From Sminthopsis crassicaudata (lineage: Eukaryota), in contig NC_133621.1 in the NCBI RefSeq assembly GCF_048593235.1, positions 187,757,238-187,821,237 of the forward strand: a stretch of DNA of 64,000 nt. Reading direction: 5' to 3'. Numbering within the stretch: the stretch's first letter is position 1; each line of letters starts with the position of its first letter. The notes beneath the pieces were generated by a model, which was not told where the DNA came from, did no database searches, and saw only the letters and a list, made by a program, of their open reading frames with translations. Shown here one piece after another: positions 30,816 through 42,460 of this stretch. The position numbers were made by a program, and so were the translations under genes.

Positions 30816-31149
30816 AAGAGAGCAGATCTCTCCGTGATTGTTCTTCTCTTGGAAGTATCAAGTATGCAGACTCTGGAAGTAACGGAACATTTATGTGTAC
30901 ACTTCCTGTCTGTCCATGTCTCCAAAGATTGCCTTCTACCATTTTCTCTTTCCATTGCTTCTTTGAAGCTGTTTCTCCATACTTTCTTGTTTGGTCTTTG
31001 AACATCATTTCTGATTATTTAATAATAGTACCTACCTCCCAGAGTTGTTGAGACTATCAAATGAAATCATAATCATAAAGCACTTAGCACAGTACACACA
31101 TATGATAAGTACTACATACATAGCAATATTTTTAAATTTGACATCAAAG

Positions 31150-32430
31150 CTCTAAATTTTGGCTGTTCCATTTCTAGGAATTTTCCTTTCTGAGATTTCT
31201 TTCAGAAGGTGATTAGTGGATTTTTTTTCTACCTTCACTTTGCCCTCTGGTTCTAATAAATCATTTATGATTTCTTGAAATATGATTGTTTTTTAAAATC
31301 ATGTTTTTGTGGGAGCCCAAATGATTTTTAAATTATTTCTCCTTAACCTGTTTTCTAGGTGAGTTGTTTTATGTATCAGATATCTTATGTCTTCTCCTAT
31401 TTTTCAATCTTAATTTGATCTAACATTTCTTTCATTCTCTTAGAGTCATTGATTTTTATTTGGTCTATTCTAATTTTCATGGATTCTGTTACATGTGTAA
31501 GATTTACTATTTTCTGATCTAAGCTATCTATTCTTCCAATTCTTTCTTCCAGGGCTTTTATTTTTTAATATTTTGCTTCATTTCTTCTAGGTGTTCATGT
31601 AGTCCTTGTAGAAAATCAATTTTTTTGTTTGTGGCAGCCCTTTTTGTAGTGACTAGAAACTGGAAAATGAATGGATGCCCATCAATTGGAGAATGGTTGG
31701 GTAAATTATGGTATATGAATGTTATGGAATATTATTGTTCTATAAGAAATGACCAGCAGGAGGAATACAAAGAGGCTTGGAGAGACTTACACGAACTGAT
31801 GCTGAGTGAAATGAGCAGAACCAGGAGATCATTATACACTTCAACAACTGTACTGTATGAGGATGTATTCTGATGGAAGTGGATATCTTCAATAAAGAGA
31901 AGATCTAATTCAGTTCCAATTGATCAATGATGGACAGAATCAGCTACACCCAGAGAAGGAACACTAGGAAATGAGTGTAAATTGTTTGCATTTTTGTTTT
32001 TTGTCCCTGGTTATCTTTACCTTCTGAATCCAATTCTTCCTGTGCAACAAGAAATTCGGTTCTACACACATATATTGTATCTAGGATATACTATAACACA
32101 TTTAACATGTATGGGACTGCCTGCCATCTAGGGGAGGGGATGGAGGGAAGGAGGGGAAAATTCGGAATAGAAGTGAGTGCAAGGGATAATGTTGTAAAAA
32201 ATTACCCATGCATATGTACTGTCAAAAAAAAGTTATAATTATAAAATTAATAAAAAAATAAAGAATTAAAAAATAATTATTATAAAATTAATAAATACAT
32301 AAATATTTTTTAAAAAGAAAATCAATTTTTTTTTCCTTTAGTGTCTAACTGTAACTGTTATGGCGAGTTTTTCTTCTTAGTTGGATTTTTAGAAAATATA
32401 TCTTTTGACCTATAATAATTTTTCATCAGG
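31150..32430 (-). mobile_element. Old antisense L1-like fragment split by a younger L1
   Basis: T-rich 'gaaggtgattagtggatttttt...tgattttttaaattatttctccttaacctgttttctagg' at 31150-31620, resuming after 32330. Confidence 0.55.
31627..32315 (+). mobile_element. 5'-truncated young L1 (ORF2 C-terminus, 3'UTR, A-rich tail), about 17-bp TSD
   Basis: ORF 31625-31873 FVAALFVVTRNWKMNGCPSIGEWLGKLWYMNVMEYY is the L1 ORF2 C-terminal domain; TSD AGAAAATCAATTTTTTT at 31610-31626 and 32316-32332. Confidence 0.92.
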
Positions 32431-32894
32431 GCAGTGGTTTTTATTCACTTACTCATCTCTGCAGCTATCATTTCTAAATTGGGGCTCTGTATTAAGACCA
32501 GATCTTGTTTCCTGCTACATTTTTGGATGGCCATGTTTGTCTTCCAATTAGGGAACTCGAGTACCTTTAGAAGAAGAACCCTCTTAGGGTTAGAGGGGTT
32601 GGTCCTGCCTCATTAGGACCCTCATAGCACCTCAAAACAAAGGACCAGGAGGATTTTCTTAGCCTAAGCACAGGTACATTATAAGGGTCTGACTTAGTCA
32701 GAACTGTGCTTTAGAAAAATCACTTAATACTCCTGGTCAAGGTGATTGCTTACAAGGTCCATACTGTGAACAGCATCCAGCTAGAATAGTTAAATGGCTT
32801 CTCATAGGCTGGGAGGCTGCAATATGTCCTGACTTTTCTGGAAGAACCCCTCTCCTACATGCAGGCTTCTGACTGATGTTTTATGGAGTTCAAG

Positions 32895-33112
32895 GGGCAG
32901 CTAGATGACTGAATGGTTAGAGTGCAGGGCCTGGAGTTCAAATGTGGCCTCAGACACTACCTTACTTACTGTCTGGGCAAGCCATTTAATCTCTGCCTTC
33001 ATTTACTGGAAATAGCTAACCATTCCAGTATCATTTGCCAAGAAAAACTCCAAGGAAAGCATTGGAATGATATGGTCCATGGGATCACGAAGAGTCTGAT
33101 TAAAAAACAATG
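32895..33112 (+). mobile_element. MAR1-type SINE
   Basis: 'ggggcagctagatgactgaatgg...aaccattccagtatcatttgccaagaaaaac...ggtccatgggatcacgaagagtc'. Confidence 0.78.
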
Positions 33113-33254
33113 AATTAGGTGAAAAGAAGTCTCTGTAGTTTATTGATCTTTATTCTAATATTATTTTAAAGTTATTGTTAGAATAGGGATTTGAGAGCTG
33201 GCTTGATTACTTCTATTTAAGAAGCTATCTTGGCTAAAATTGTTAAGTGAAAAA

Positions 33255-34198
33255 ATTTTTTCATTATAGCTTTTTATTGACAGAACATATGCATGGGTAA
33301 TTTCTCAACATTGTGCTTTCACTCACTTCTGTTCCAACTTTTCCCTTCCCTCCCTCCACCCCCTCTCTTAGATGGCAGGCAGTCCCATACATGTTAAATG
33401 TGTTAAAGTATATCTTAAATACAATATATGTGTGCAGATCCATACAGTTCTCTTGTTGCACAAGAAAAATCGGATTCAGAAAGTTAAAAATAACCTGGGA
33501 AGAAAAATAAGAATGCAAGTAATCCACATTCATTTCTCAGTGTTTCTTCTCTGGATATAGCTGATTCTGTCAATCACTGATCAATTGGAACTGAATTGGA
33601 TCTTCTCATTGTCAAAGACAGCCACTTCCATCAGAATTGATCCTCATATAGTATTATTGTTGCCGTGTTTAATGATCTCCTGGTTCTGCTCATTTCACTC
33701 AGCATCAATTCATGTAAGTCTCTCCAAGCCTCTGTATTCCTCCTGCTGGTCACTTCTTACAGAACAATAATATTCCATAACATTCATATACCATAATTTA
33801 CCCAACCATTCTTCACTTGATGTGCATCCATTCATTTTCCAGTTTCTAGTCACTACAAAAAGGGCTGCCACAAACATTTTGGCACATACAAGTCCCTTTC
33901 CCTCCTTTAATATCTCTTTGGGATATAAGCCCAGTAGTAACACTGCTGGGTCAAAGGGCATGCACAGTTTGATAACTTTTTGAGTATAGTTCCAAACTGC
34001 TCTCCAGAATCGTTGGATTCTTTCACAACTCCACCAACAATGCATCAGTATCCCAGTTTTCCCACAGCCCCTCCAACATTCATCATTATTTGTTCCTGTC
34101 ATCTTAGCCAATCTGACAGGTGTGTAATGATATCTCAGAGTTGTCTTAATTTGCATTTCTCTGATCAATAGTGATTTGGAGCACCTTTTTATCTGAGT
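33255..34198 (-). mobile_element. 5'-truncated L1 (ORF2 3' end and 3'UTR), same subfamily as 31627-32315, inverted
   Basis: ORF 33710-34168(-) MIREMQIKTTLRYHYTPVRLAK...HCWW...FDPAVLLLGLYPKE...MFVAALF, including the cysteine-rich region of L1 ORF2p. Confidence 0.93.
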
Positions 34199-34274
34199 AG
34201 GTTACTCGAAATTTTTAAAGCACAACTTTCACCATGTTGATCCCCTACTTGATAAACTCTAATGATTCTCTTTA

Positions 34275-34485
34275 TAGAGGCAGTGAGACAGCTCTAGCTC
34301 ACTGATCCTGAAGTTAGAAATACAGACCTGAGTTCACTCTAGCCTCTGTCTCAGTGTGACTCTAAGGAAATCATTTAATCTCTGATCAGTTTCCTCAACT
34401 GTAAAATGGGGATAATAATAATACCTACCTCTCAAGTTGTTGTGAAAAGCTTAACACTATATCTGGAACATAGTAGGCTCTTAAA
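34275..34485 (+). mobile_element. MIR SINE
   Basis: 'gacctgagttcactctagcctctg...cagtttcctcaactgtaaaatggggataataataatacctacctc'. Confidence 0.8.
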
Positions 34486-34639
34486 TGCTTTTTCCTCTTT
34501 TCTTCATTGACTTTGGTTTCAAATTTAAACTCTTTTGTTTGCCTTTTAAAGGCTTTAACAATCTCACCCTATCTACTTTTGGTTCTCTTTGCTGTCCAGC
34601 CAGAATGGCTTTATTGTCCTTCACAAATAGAACCTATCT

Positions 34640-34830
34640 ATACGTAGAATCTCTCTGTCTCTGTCTCCCTCTGTGTCTTTCCCTCTCTGTCTTTCTCTCT
34701 CTCTGTGTCTCTCCCTGTCTATCTCTGCCTCTATCTTTCTCTCCTCTTCCTCTCCCTCCCTCTCTCCCCTTCCTTCTCTCCCTCTTTTTCTCTGTCTCTA
34801 TGTCTCTTTCTCTTTTTCTCTCCTTCCCAC
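34640..34830. repeat. (CT)n/(CTGT)n low-complexity pyrimidine tract
   Basis: Degenerate TC repeat; explains ORFs 34485-34966. Confidence 0.85.
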
Positions 34831-36194
34831 CTTCCACACCCCATCTCCTGACTCTCATACCTGTCTCAAGAGTGGCAGGTCCATCTGGCCAAGTTCAACA
34901 ATCTTTCCACTTTGGCACACAGTGCTTTCTTTCTCATTCCTGGTAGGCACCAAAGAAATGGGTTGATGATAGCCACAAGAAAGGATGAGATATAAAGGGA
35001 AACTGATCATGTTTTGCAGTAGCCTTTTGCATTTTTGGACAACTCTGTTTCCTGAGGTCACATCTAAATGTGCTTCTTTTCCTTTCACCCAGTTTCTAGT
35101 TCTGCCTTCCAGAGCCAAATGAACCCAATCCCTCCTCCACATGATGGTTCTTCAAACACTAAAGGAGACTAATATTTGTCTCTCCCTACCAGAACCTTCT
35201 ATATTCTTAGATGGATCAACTGATAATTATGACAGTACTAATAACCAACAAGTATGTGGAACTTTAAAGTCTTCAAAGCCCATTATTTCAATTGATCCTT
35301 ACAACACCCATGTGACAAAAGAACTGTAATTACTCCCATGTTATAAATGAGACTTTCTCAGAGGCACACAGCTATTAAGTGCCTAAGGTTAAGATTCACC
35401 TTTTGTGACTAAGTTCTCCACTATACCACCCAGATATTTCAAGGTCCTTCACCATCTTTTCTACACTCTCCAGTTTATCAATGTTTTTGCCTCTTTTTGT
35501 GTTCCTAGAGCTTAGCACAGTGCCTGACACATAGTAGATGCTTAATAAATATTTGATTATTAAAACATGGCTCCCAGAATTGGTCATAATTTTCTAAATA
35601 TCTGATAAGAGAGGACAGAGAATGGAGGGACTATCACCCAAATTATAATTGAAAGGAGTGGGAAAAACTGATCCTCTGTCATTTAAAAACCTTTAGCACT
35701 CAGAAATGATCCTCAAGTTATTGCAATGAGTGGCCCAATTTTAAAAGCCACAGGGCTGGAAAATGTCCAGAGGACAACCAGTAGAGTGAAAGCCTCAGAG
35801 ATTATATCATGTGAGTATCAGTTGGAGGAACTTACATTAATGCTATTTACCTCAGTTTTTTCATCTGTAAAATGAGCTGGAGAAGGAAATGACAAGCCAT
35901 TCCAGTATCTTTGCCAAGAAAACTCCAAATGAGGTCATGAAGAGTTGGATATGTTTTTCACATGCTTTTTCAAATACTTCTCACTTTGGGAATATAAAGG
36001 GGATAGAGAATGGTAGTAGAGTACCTTTTGTTTTGAGGGGATTTGGACAAAATTAGCTCCTTATTTTTTTCCTACTCCACCATCTTGCAGGATCAAGGAT
36101 CACAGATTCAGAGGTAGAAGGGACCTTAAAGACTACTGAATCCAATCCCTTCATTTTACAAAGAAGGAAGCCAACATGTACAGGTTATATGACT

Positions 36195-37375
36195 TGCTGA
36201 AGGCCTCAGAAATATTGAATCAAATAATTACCCACATACAATACAAAGGAATACAAAGAAATGCAAAAGCAGTTCCTACCCTTAAGGAGCTTACATTCCA
36301 AAAGGGAGACATGAAAATACCTAGGTATTTTGTATATTTTTATATATTTATTATAACCCTCTGAGAAGATTGAGAAAGGCTTTCTGTAGAAAGGGGGATT
36401 TTTAAACTATATCTTAAAGAAAGTCAGGGAGATTAAAAGAGATGAGAAAATAATATTCCAGACATAGGAGATAGCCAATGCAAAGGCTCAGAAGTAGAAA
36501 ATAATGTCTGTGTGTGCGCACACACACATGTAGGTACAAAATAGCTAGATCATGAAATGTACAGAAGGAAATAAGGAAACTAAAAATATTGGGAGATATG
36601 TGAAAAGACCTAAATGCTGAGAATTTCTATTTTATCCTGAAGGCAATAGGGAATGACTGGAGTTTATTGATCAATAGATCAAAGGTAAGATGGACACTAG
36701 GAAAAGATCTTTAGTAACTGAGTGGAGAATAGATTGAACAAAAATTTAAGGCATGAAAAAAAATAAGGCTATTGCAATAATCCAGGTAAAAAGCAACAAG
36801 GACCTGATTTATTGTGGTAGTTATGTGAATGGAGAGAAAGGAGGCACAGATAAGAGATATTGTAAGAGTCAAAGAGAATACCAAAATTGGGAGTTCAGGG
36901 GAATGGGGAGATAGGGTCACTCAACAAAAATAATTTAGAAGAGAAGGATTTTAGTGGAAAGATGTATTTTGTTTTGGACATGTTGAGTTTGAGATGAACA
37001 TAGGGCATCCAGTTTAAAATGTTCATTAGGCAGGTTATAAATTCATGACTAGTACTTGGGAGAAAGTAGGATATATAGACTATATAGGAATGAGATGACA
37101 ATTTAACTCAAACAAGCTTATATAGAAGAAAAGAAAAAAAGGACCTAAGAGCATTGTGGGAAACTCATGATTAGGAAATGTGACATTCATGGTTATTACT
37201 AAGTGTAACACAGATGAAGATTCAGCAGAGATGACTGACAAAGTCAGATAGGTAAGAGAAAAATCAGAAGAGATTAGTGTCACAAACAAGAAAGTATCCT
37301 GTAGGAGGCAATCAACAGTGTTAAATGCTGCAGAAGTTAAGAAGCGTGAGGACTGAAGAGATATTAACCCAGTTT
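36195..37375 (-). mobile_element. L2 LINE ORF2/3' remnant
   Basis: Minus-strand ORFs contain decayed L2 RT motifs: LTSAAFNTVD (cf. LSAAFDTVD), LLGPFFLF, WMPYVHLKLNMSKT, LDYCNSL. Confidence 0.85.
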
Positions 37376-37524
37376 CTGACTCCAAATGCTGCATGGGAGA
37401 CTTCAGATTTGGTTTGCATTTTATTTTGAGACAAATTTTTTAAAAATCAAAACTCACTTTATACCTTATTTAATAAACTATGCTTGTGAAGATGTAGAAA
37501 AGTTGCTGTAGAAAGTGGTGAAAC

Positions 37525-37689
37525 TGGCAGAGGTTTCAAACATGGCAGCCTTACTCCTGGCACCAAGGATCTCTGCCCACTGGAACACTGGTTCCGGTGC
37601 CCTCTTATCTCTACCTTCACTTTTTACTAACTGAACTTTAACTTTACTTCCAAACCCCAAAATAAACCTTTAAAAAAAAAAAAAAGAAA
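37525..37689 (+). mobile_element. Short polyadenylated retroposed insert of unidentified source, 15-bp TSD
   Basis: TSD AGAAAGTGGTGAAAC at 37510-37524 and 37690-37704; AATAAA at 37661-37666; A-tail from 37672. Confidence 0.85.
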
Positions 37690-38255
37690 AGAAAGTGGTG
37701 AAACCTTGTCTGTTCCTCATTCTGATGTCTCAAGAATATCTTGATAAATGTGTAGTTTCTCAAAAATATTTTACAGTATGAATTTTCTTATTTTACAATG
37801 AGCAAGTAAGCAAATAAAATAGTGGTTATGAATAATTTCATGATCATGGCTGGAATAAGCATTGCAATACTATCTATGTTTTTTCCTAATCATTCAGTAG
37901 TTTAGCTTTATTGTATTCATTGAGTGGCTCCCTGACTTTTCTCCAATTTCTTGAGTCACTGTTCCCATGCCCAAAGACTTAAGTCTTTTTATAACCACTT
38001 TTAATTTTTTCAACATTTTCTTTAATATAAAAGAAATCATACACACATCAAATACATACTGTACAAGTGGGGATGAGGGAATTATCTGGAATGAGATAAG
38101 GGGAGCATGAAGATAATGGTTGACAAGACACACTCTTCTTCAGAGTGGATTACCTCAGTTGTGGGGAGGCAAGATAAATGAATGGATCCATCTCAGGGCT
38201 ATTAAGAGAGGAGATAAAATGAAGCTCCAAAATCTAGAGTAGAGAGAATTAGGTT

Positions 38256-40704
38256 CTAGTTCTCAATCAAGGGACAATGCTGGTTCTCTTTGTTATGACT
38301 CTGATCCCAGGCCCGTCCAGTGATCTTCAAAGGGTGTCCGGTTCCTAGAATAGCCCCTTCTCTCCATTCTCCCACATTCTCACTCAGCACTGTGGACCGT
38401 TTATTCTACAGAGGAAGAAGATGGGAAGCTCAAGAGAAACAATTCCAAATAAAGAAAATACTCTGCTAAGGACTAAACTACTCAGCAAAGCCCTTTTCCT
38501 CCCACAACCTTTACCTGCCGAGGCATCAGGGGACCAGGGGAATTATCATCCTGCAGGGTGGTGAGGGGTGATCTCCCTAGGACCTTGCCAGCAGGTTTCC
38601 TTCTAGGGGGCCTAGAACCTGAATGATGGTAGGGTGAAGGGAGAGATCAAAATGAGAATTGTCCTAAATATACTCACCTTCAACATTTGTCACTCCCTTC
38701 ATTACTCCCTCGGAAGGAAAACTTGTTTGCTACTTTTTCTCCCACCAGTATCTTGTACCTGAGGAACAAGGAGTCTCAGAGCCTCTGAAAAACTTGTCAG
38801 GGTCCTGGCTGCTCATTCGAAGAGCTGGAGGCTGTTCTGATACTTCTGTAATGTTTGCCTGTTTTCGGGAAACTTCAGTTTGGTTCAGGGAGGCTGGTAG
38901 TTTCTGGCGTTCAAGGAAGATTGGAGTATCCAGAGACAAGTCGTGCTTAGGCTGTGATGAAAACTTCACAGGTAGGACCAGCTCAGTGGAATGCTCGGGC
39001 TTGGAGGCTTCGGCGCCAAAGGCCTCACTAAGCTGCTTTATCAGCTGGTTTGGAAGGTCTGCAAGAGACAAGCTTGAGCTAAGAACCGTTTCCAGGCTGC
39101 CAGTCATATAACAAGAGCATGGAAAGTAAGAGTCTTGTCATCTAGTCACGGGAGCAGGGGGAGTTAATTTTTTTTTTTTTTCTGTGACATGGACTCCTTG
39201 GAGAGTCTGATGAAGTTTCTGGACCCTCTTTTCTTAGAATATTTTTTAAACATATACGAAGGAAACCAATTATATTGAGATGCTGTCTTAAATTTTTTTT
39301 TTCATGTTCCAGATCTCAGATGAAGAACCCCTAACTTAAAGTAGGGGCCCAAAGGTTAGATGAGGACCAGAATCCAATTAGCAAGGGACACGAGTCCATG
39401 GGGCAGAAAGGTATGGGGAGGAGAGAGAGGCCGGGAGAGGGTGGATCAGAGGGATTAGAGAGAAATCTTGGCGTCTTTAGAAAGGAACAGGCTGTAGCTC
39501 TGGAAGGGGGCCTGCGGGGATAGTTTATGGGAAGCAGCTTTATCTAACGGTCCGTCTGGGTCCCGGGTACAATACCAACCTACTGTGCTGGTCTTCATGG
39601 GTGTCCGGATGATGCCAAATGTGGGCGACCGGGGATCTGAGTCCTGAGGGTGTTGCTCCATTTCGTGCTGCCGGTCCATGGCAGGCGGACTTAGCTGTGG
39701 CGAGCTCTCGACCTGCCAACAGGACACAGAATCGAGGCCAGTCCTCAGGGCTGCAGCGGCCCCCACTTTCCCTGCCTCCTCTCCTGGGGTCCCCAACAAC
39801 ACAACTGCATCGACTGAGATTCACAATTACACATTCCTGTGCAGAGCCTCACAGTCCCCTTAGCACAGAGAGAAATCAGGCTCAGAGAGAGATCAGGTGA
39901 CTTGTTCATTACAGGAGGCAGCTGTTGGCACAGAGTTCAAATCCAGCCTTAGGCATTTACTTGTTGTATGGCCCTGGGCACAGGGCACACCAACAAATTT
40001 TGTTTGAATAATTGCAATTACTTTTGAATAATTATAATTATAATTGAATAAATGCATAATTGTCTGAATTCTGTTCTGTAAAATGGGTATTTCATTAATA
40101 AAAGTACCAATCTCCCAGGGTCGTTGTAAGATCAAATAAAATATTTGATCCAAATATTCACTTAGCACAGAGTCTCCTTCATAGCAAACACCAGGTTAAT
40201 GGTGACCATGATTCCGCTGAATGCCATGGTTACAAAAGCAGGCAGATGTTGGAATGTTTGTGGTTAAACCTGGGTCTCTCGCCTCCAAATCCAGTGGAGG
40301 GGCTGTGGTAGAACAGAAAAATGCGCACCCGGGCCTGCTATAATATGATAATATTATATGTAATATACGTATTATTAATTATATACAGCATTATGGGCAA
40401 TTCCCGTCGCCCCTCTGGGCCTGTCTCTGGCCTGAGAAGTAATTAGGCCGGACCAGCCAGTTCTAGACCCTGGAGGAGGAGGACGGTCACCCGAGCAGGA
40501 GAAGCCGGCCCCCGCCTCACACGGACTTCCCAGGGGGATTAAGGGAGACGAGGGGCCCCGCTAGCTTTTCCACCTCCCCGATACCTGGATGGGGGTGCGC
40601 AGAATGCCTGCGCTGGGAGAACGAGGGTCTGTTACGTGCGCCAGGTGCTTGTTGCATGGCGCAGGACGGGCCGGGGTGGCCGGGACGCTCTTAGCCGAGC
40701 CCAT
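38256..40704 (-). CDS. CDCA3: Cell division cycle associated 3 (TOME-1), 268 aa
   Basis: Exons (minus) 40704-40585, 39712-39580, 39058-38759, 38618-38515, 38405-38256. Total 807 nt. MGSAKSVPATPARP...DPRSPSAGILRTPIQ...DSDPRSPTFGIIRTPMK...KVLGRSPL..QDDNSPG...NKENQHCPLIEN*, with KEN box. Probable 5' non-coding exon donor at 40951, acceptor at 40756-40757. Candidate AATAAA (minus) at 37907-37912. Confidence 0.96.
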
Positions 40705-41015
40705 CCTCGCAGCTCGGCCGGCCAGCTGCCCACGAGGGCGGGAGCACGGGAGGACCTGCGAGGAGAAAGGGGACGTTCAGGACACTTTCACTGCCGTTTC
40801 GCCCCTGAGCCGAGGGGTCGGGGAGTTGACCTTTGACTTCTGACAGCTTTGGTTCCCCGGAGTGGAGGCCCCAGCGTAGTGCAGACAGAAAGTTCCGGAG
40901 AAGAAAAGAGGGAAGGGGGAAAGTGCCTCCCGGATCCGAGAGCTCGCTCACTTTTCGGTTTCAGGATTTTCTAGAGGATCTGTTACCATTCGGTCCAGAC
41001 TTCTCAAAGTTGCGT

Positions 41016-41155
41016 TTCAAACCTCCCGCCACGCCTCCTGGATCCCTCTGATTGGCTGAACCTCGCGCCACCCTCCTGTACGTGAAACGAATCTTACCAA
41101 TACGGGCGTTCATTGGCTTCGGGAGGTGTCTGTCACATGCATTACGGGGGCCAAT
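41016..41155 (-). promoter_or_regulatory. CDCA3 cell-cycle promoter: CDE/CHR element plus CCAAT boxes
   Basis: Minus strand reads TGGCGG-GAGG-TTTGAA at 41031-41016; CCAAT/ATTGG at 41051, 41097, 41112, 41151. Confidence 0.85.
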
Positions 41156-41459
41156 GGGCATTTAAAATGGGTCTCTGACCCAGAAAGCCCTCCTACTCCC
41201 ATGAAATCCCTCAGCTCAATCTCCGGGGGAATCTTTGATTAATTAAAAGGATTTCCCTCTAATTCATACCAGCTGTCACTCTTTGAAACCCTGAAAAAGT
41301 ATTTAATACACTATGTTTTGCATTTATTATCGTTTAATGAAGAACGGAATAATAACAAATAAAAATATATAAAATATGATCAGACATTAGAACAAGCTTT
41401 GATAAGTTAATGGCCTCTTTACCACTTCCCCCCCCCCCCCCCCCGAAGAGAGTTTATTC

Positions 41460-42460
41460 AATAACACCTATTGGTTAGGGACAGTATCGATCACATGCCT
41501 TCACGCTAAGGTTTCTTCCTCCTTAGAAATAGCTTTTCAAAAGCCATAAAAGCCACTATGTCAGTCCTCACATTTTTTCGATTAGACCATTCCCAATAAA
41601 CGTTTCACGGGATGATTAGTTAAAACACTTGTCAATTACTTGAAAGGTAGGTTTGGATTGGTCAGCTGAAGGCGCGTGAGGGCGCGACAAAGGTGGCACA
41701 GTCAGGAGAGCAAAAAACTTCGCTACCGGCCTCGCAATCCTATAAGCGTTCTTTCTCTGGGGGCTTAGGATTGGCTGATTCAGCTGTCAATTGCTTTAGG
41801 AACGCTTTTTATTGGCTTCCATAGAAAGTAGGGGAGAGCAATTTTACCTAACCGCCAGGCGCGCGCGTCTCCTTTTAGTACGCGTGCGCTCAGAGTGCTT
41901 TACGGATTGGTTGAGGGAGTAGGGGCGAGGAACCGTGGGAGTCGCGGGAGCCGTTCTGTGTGGAAGCGCTGCTGCCGGTGTCATGGCGGAATTGAGTGAG
42001 GAGGCGCTGCTATCTGTATTACCGACTATCCGGGTTCCCAAGGCCGGAGATCGGGTTCACAAAGACGAATGCGCCTTCTCTTTCGACACGCCGGTAAGCC
42101 CACTCCCCATGCCTGCGGCGAGCATCGCCCTGGTCATTCTGCCGGGGCCTGCACGACCGGGCTTTCGCAAGGCATTATGGGATTTGTAGTCCTCCGCGCC
42201 CTCCTCCGCCGTTAACACGCACGAGCATAGGGACTATAGGCGACTACCACACCCAAGGGCACCTTACCCAGCCCTTTTTTCCCCCTTGTCCTGTGGAGCA
42301 CTCTGGGGGTTGTAGTCGCCCATGCCTTTCTCTATCATTCGAAGCCTCAGGTGCACCCTAGTCAGAGAACTACATCTTCCGAGCGGTCCTGGCGGCCGGC
42401 TGGAGAGTTCTTGCTGGCCGCGTGGGGCCCATTGGGAGTGGTAGTCTAATAGGAGCTATG
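41460..42460 (+). promoter_or_regulatory. USP5 promoter and CpG island with CCAAT boxes and ZNF143 (SBS/ACTACA) motifs
   Basis: ATTGG/CCAAT at 41470, 41593, 41657, 41770, 41811, 41906; ACTACA-N-CCCA motifs at 42172, 42242, 42298, 42368, 42429. Confidence 0.8.
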
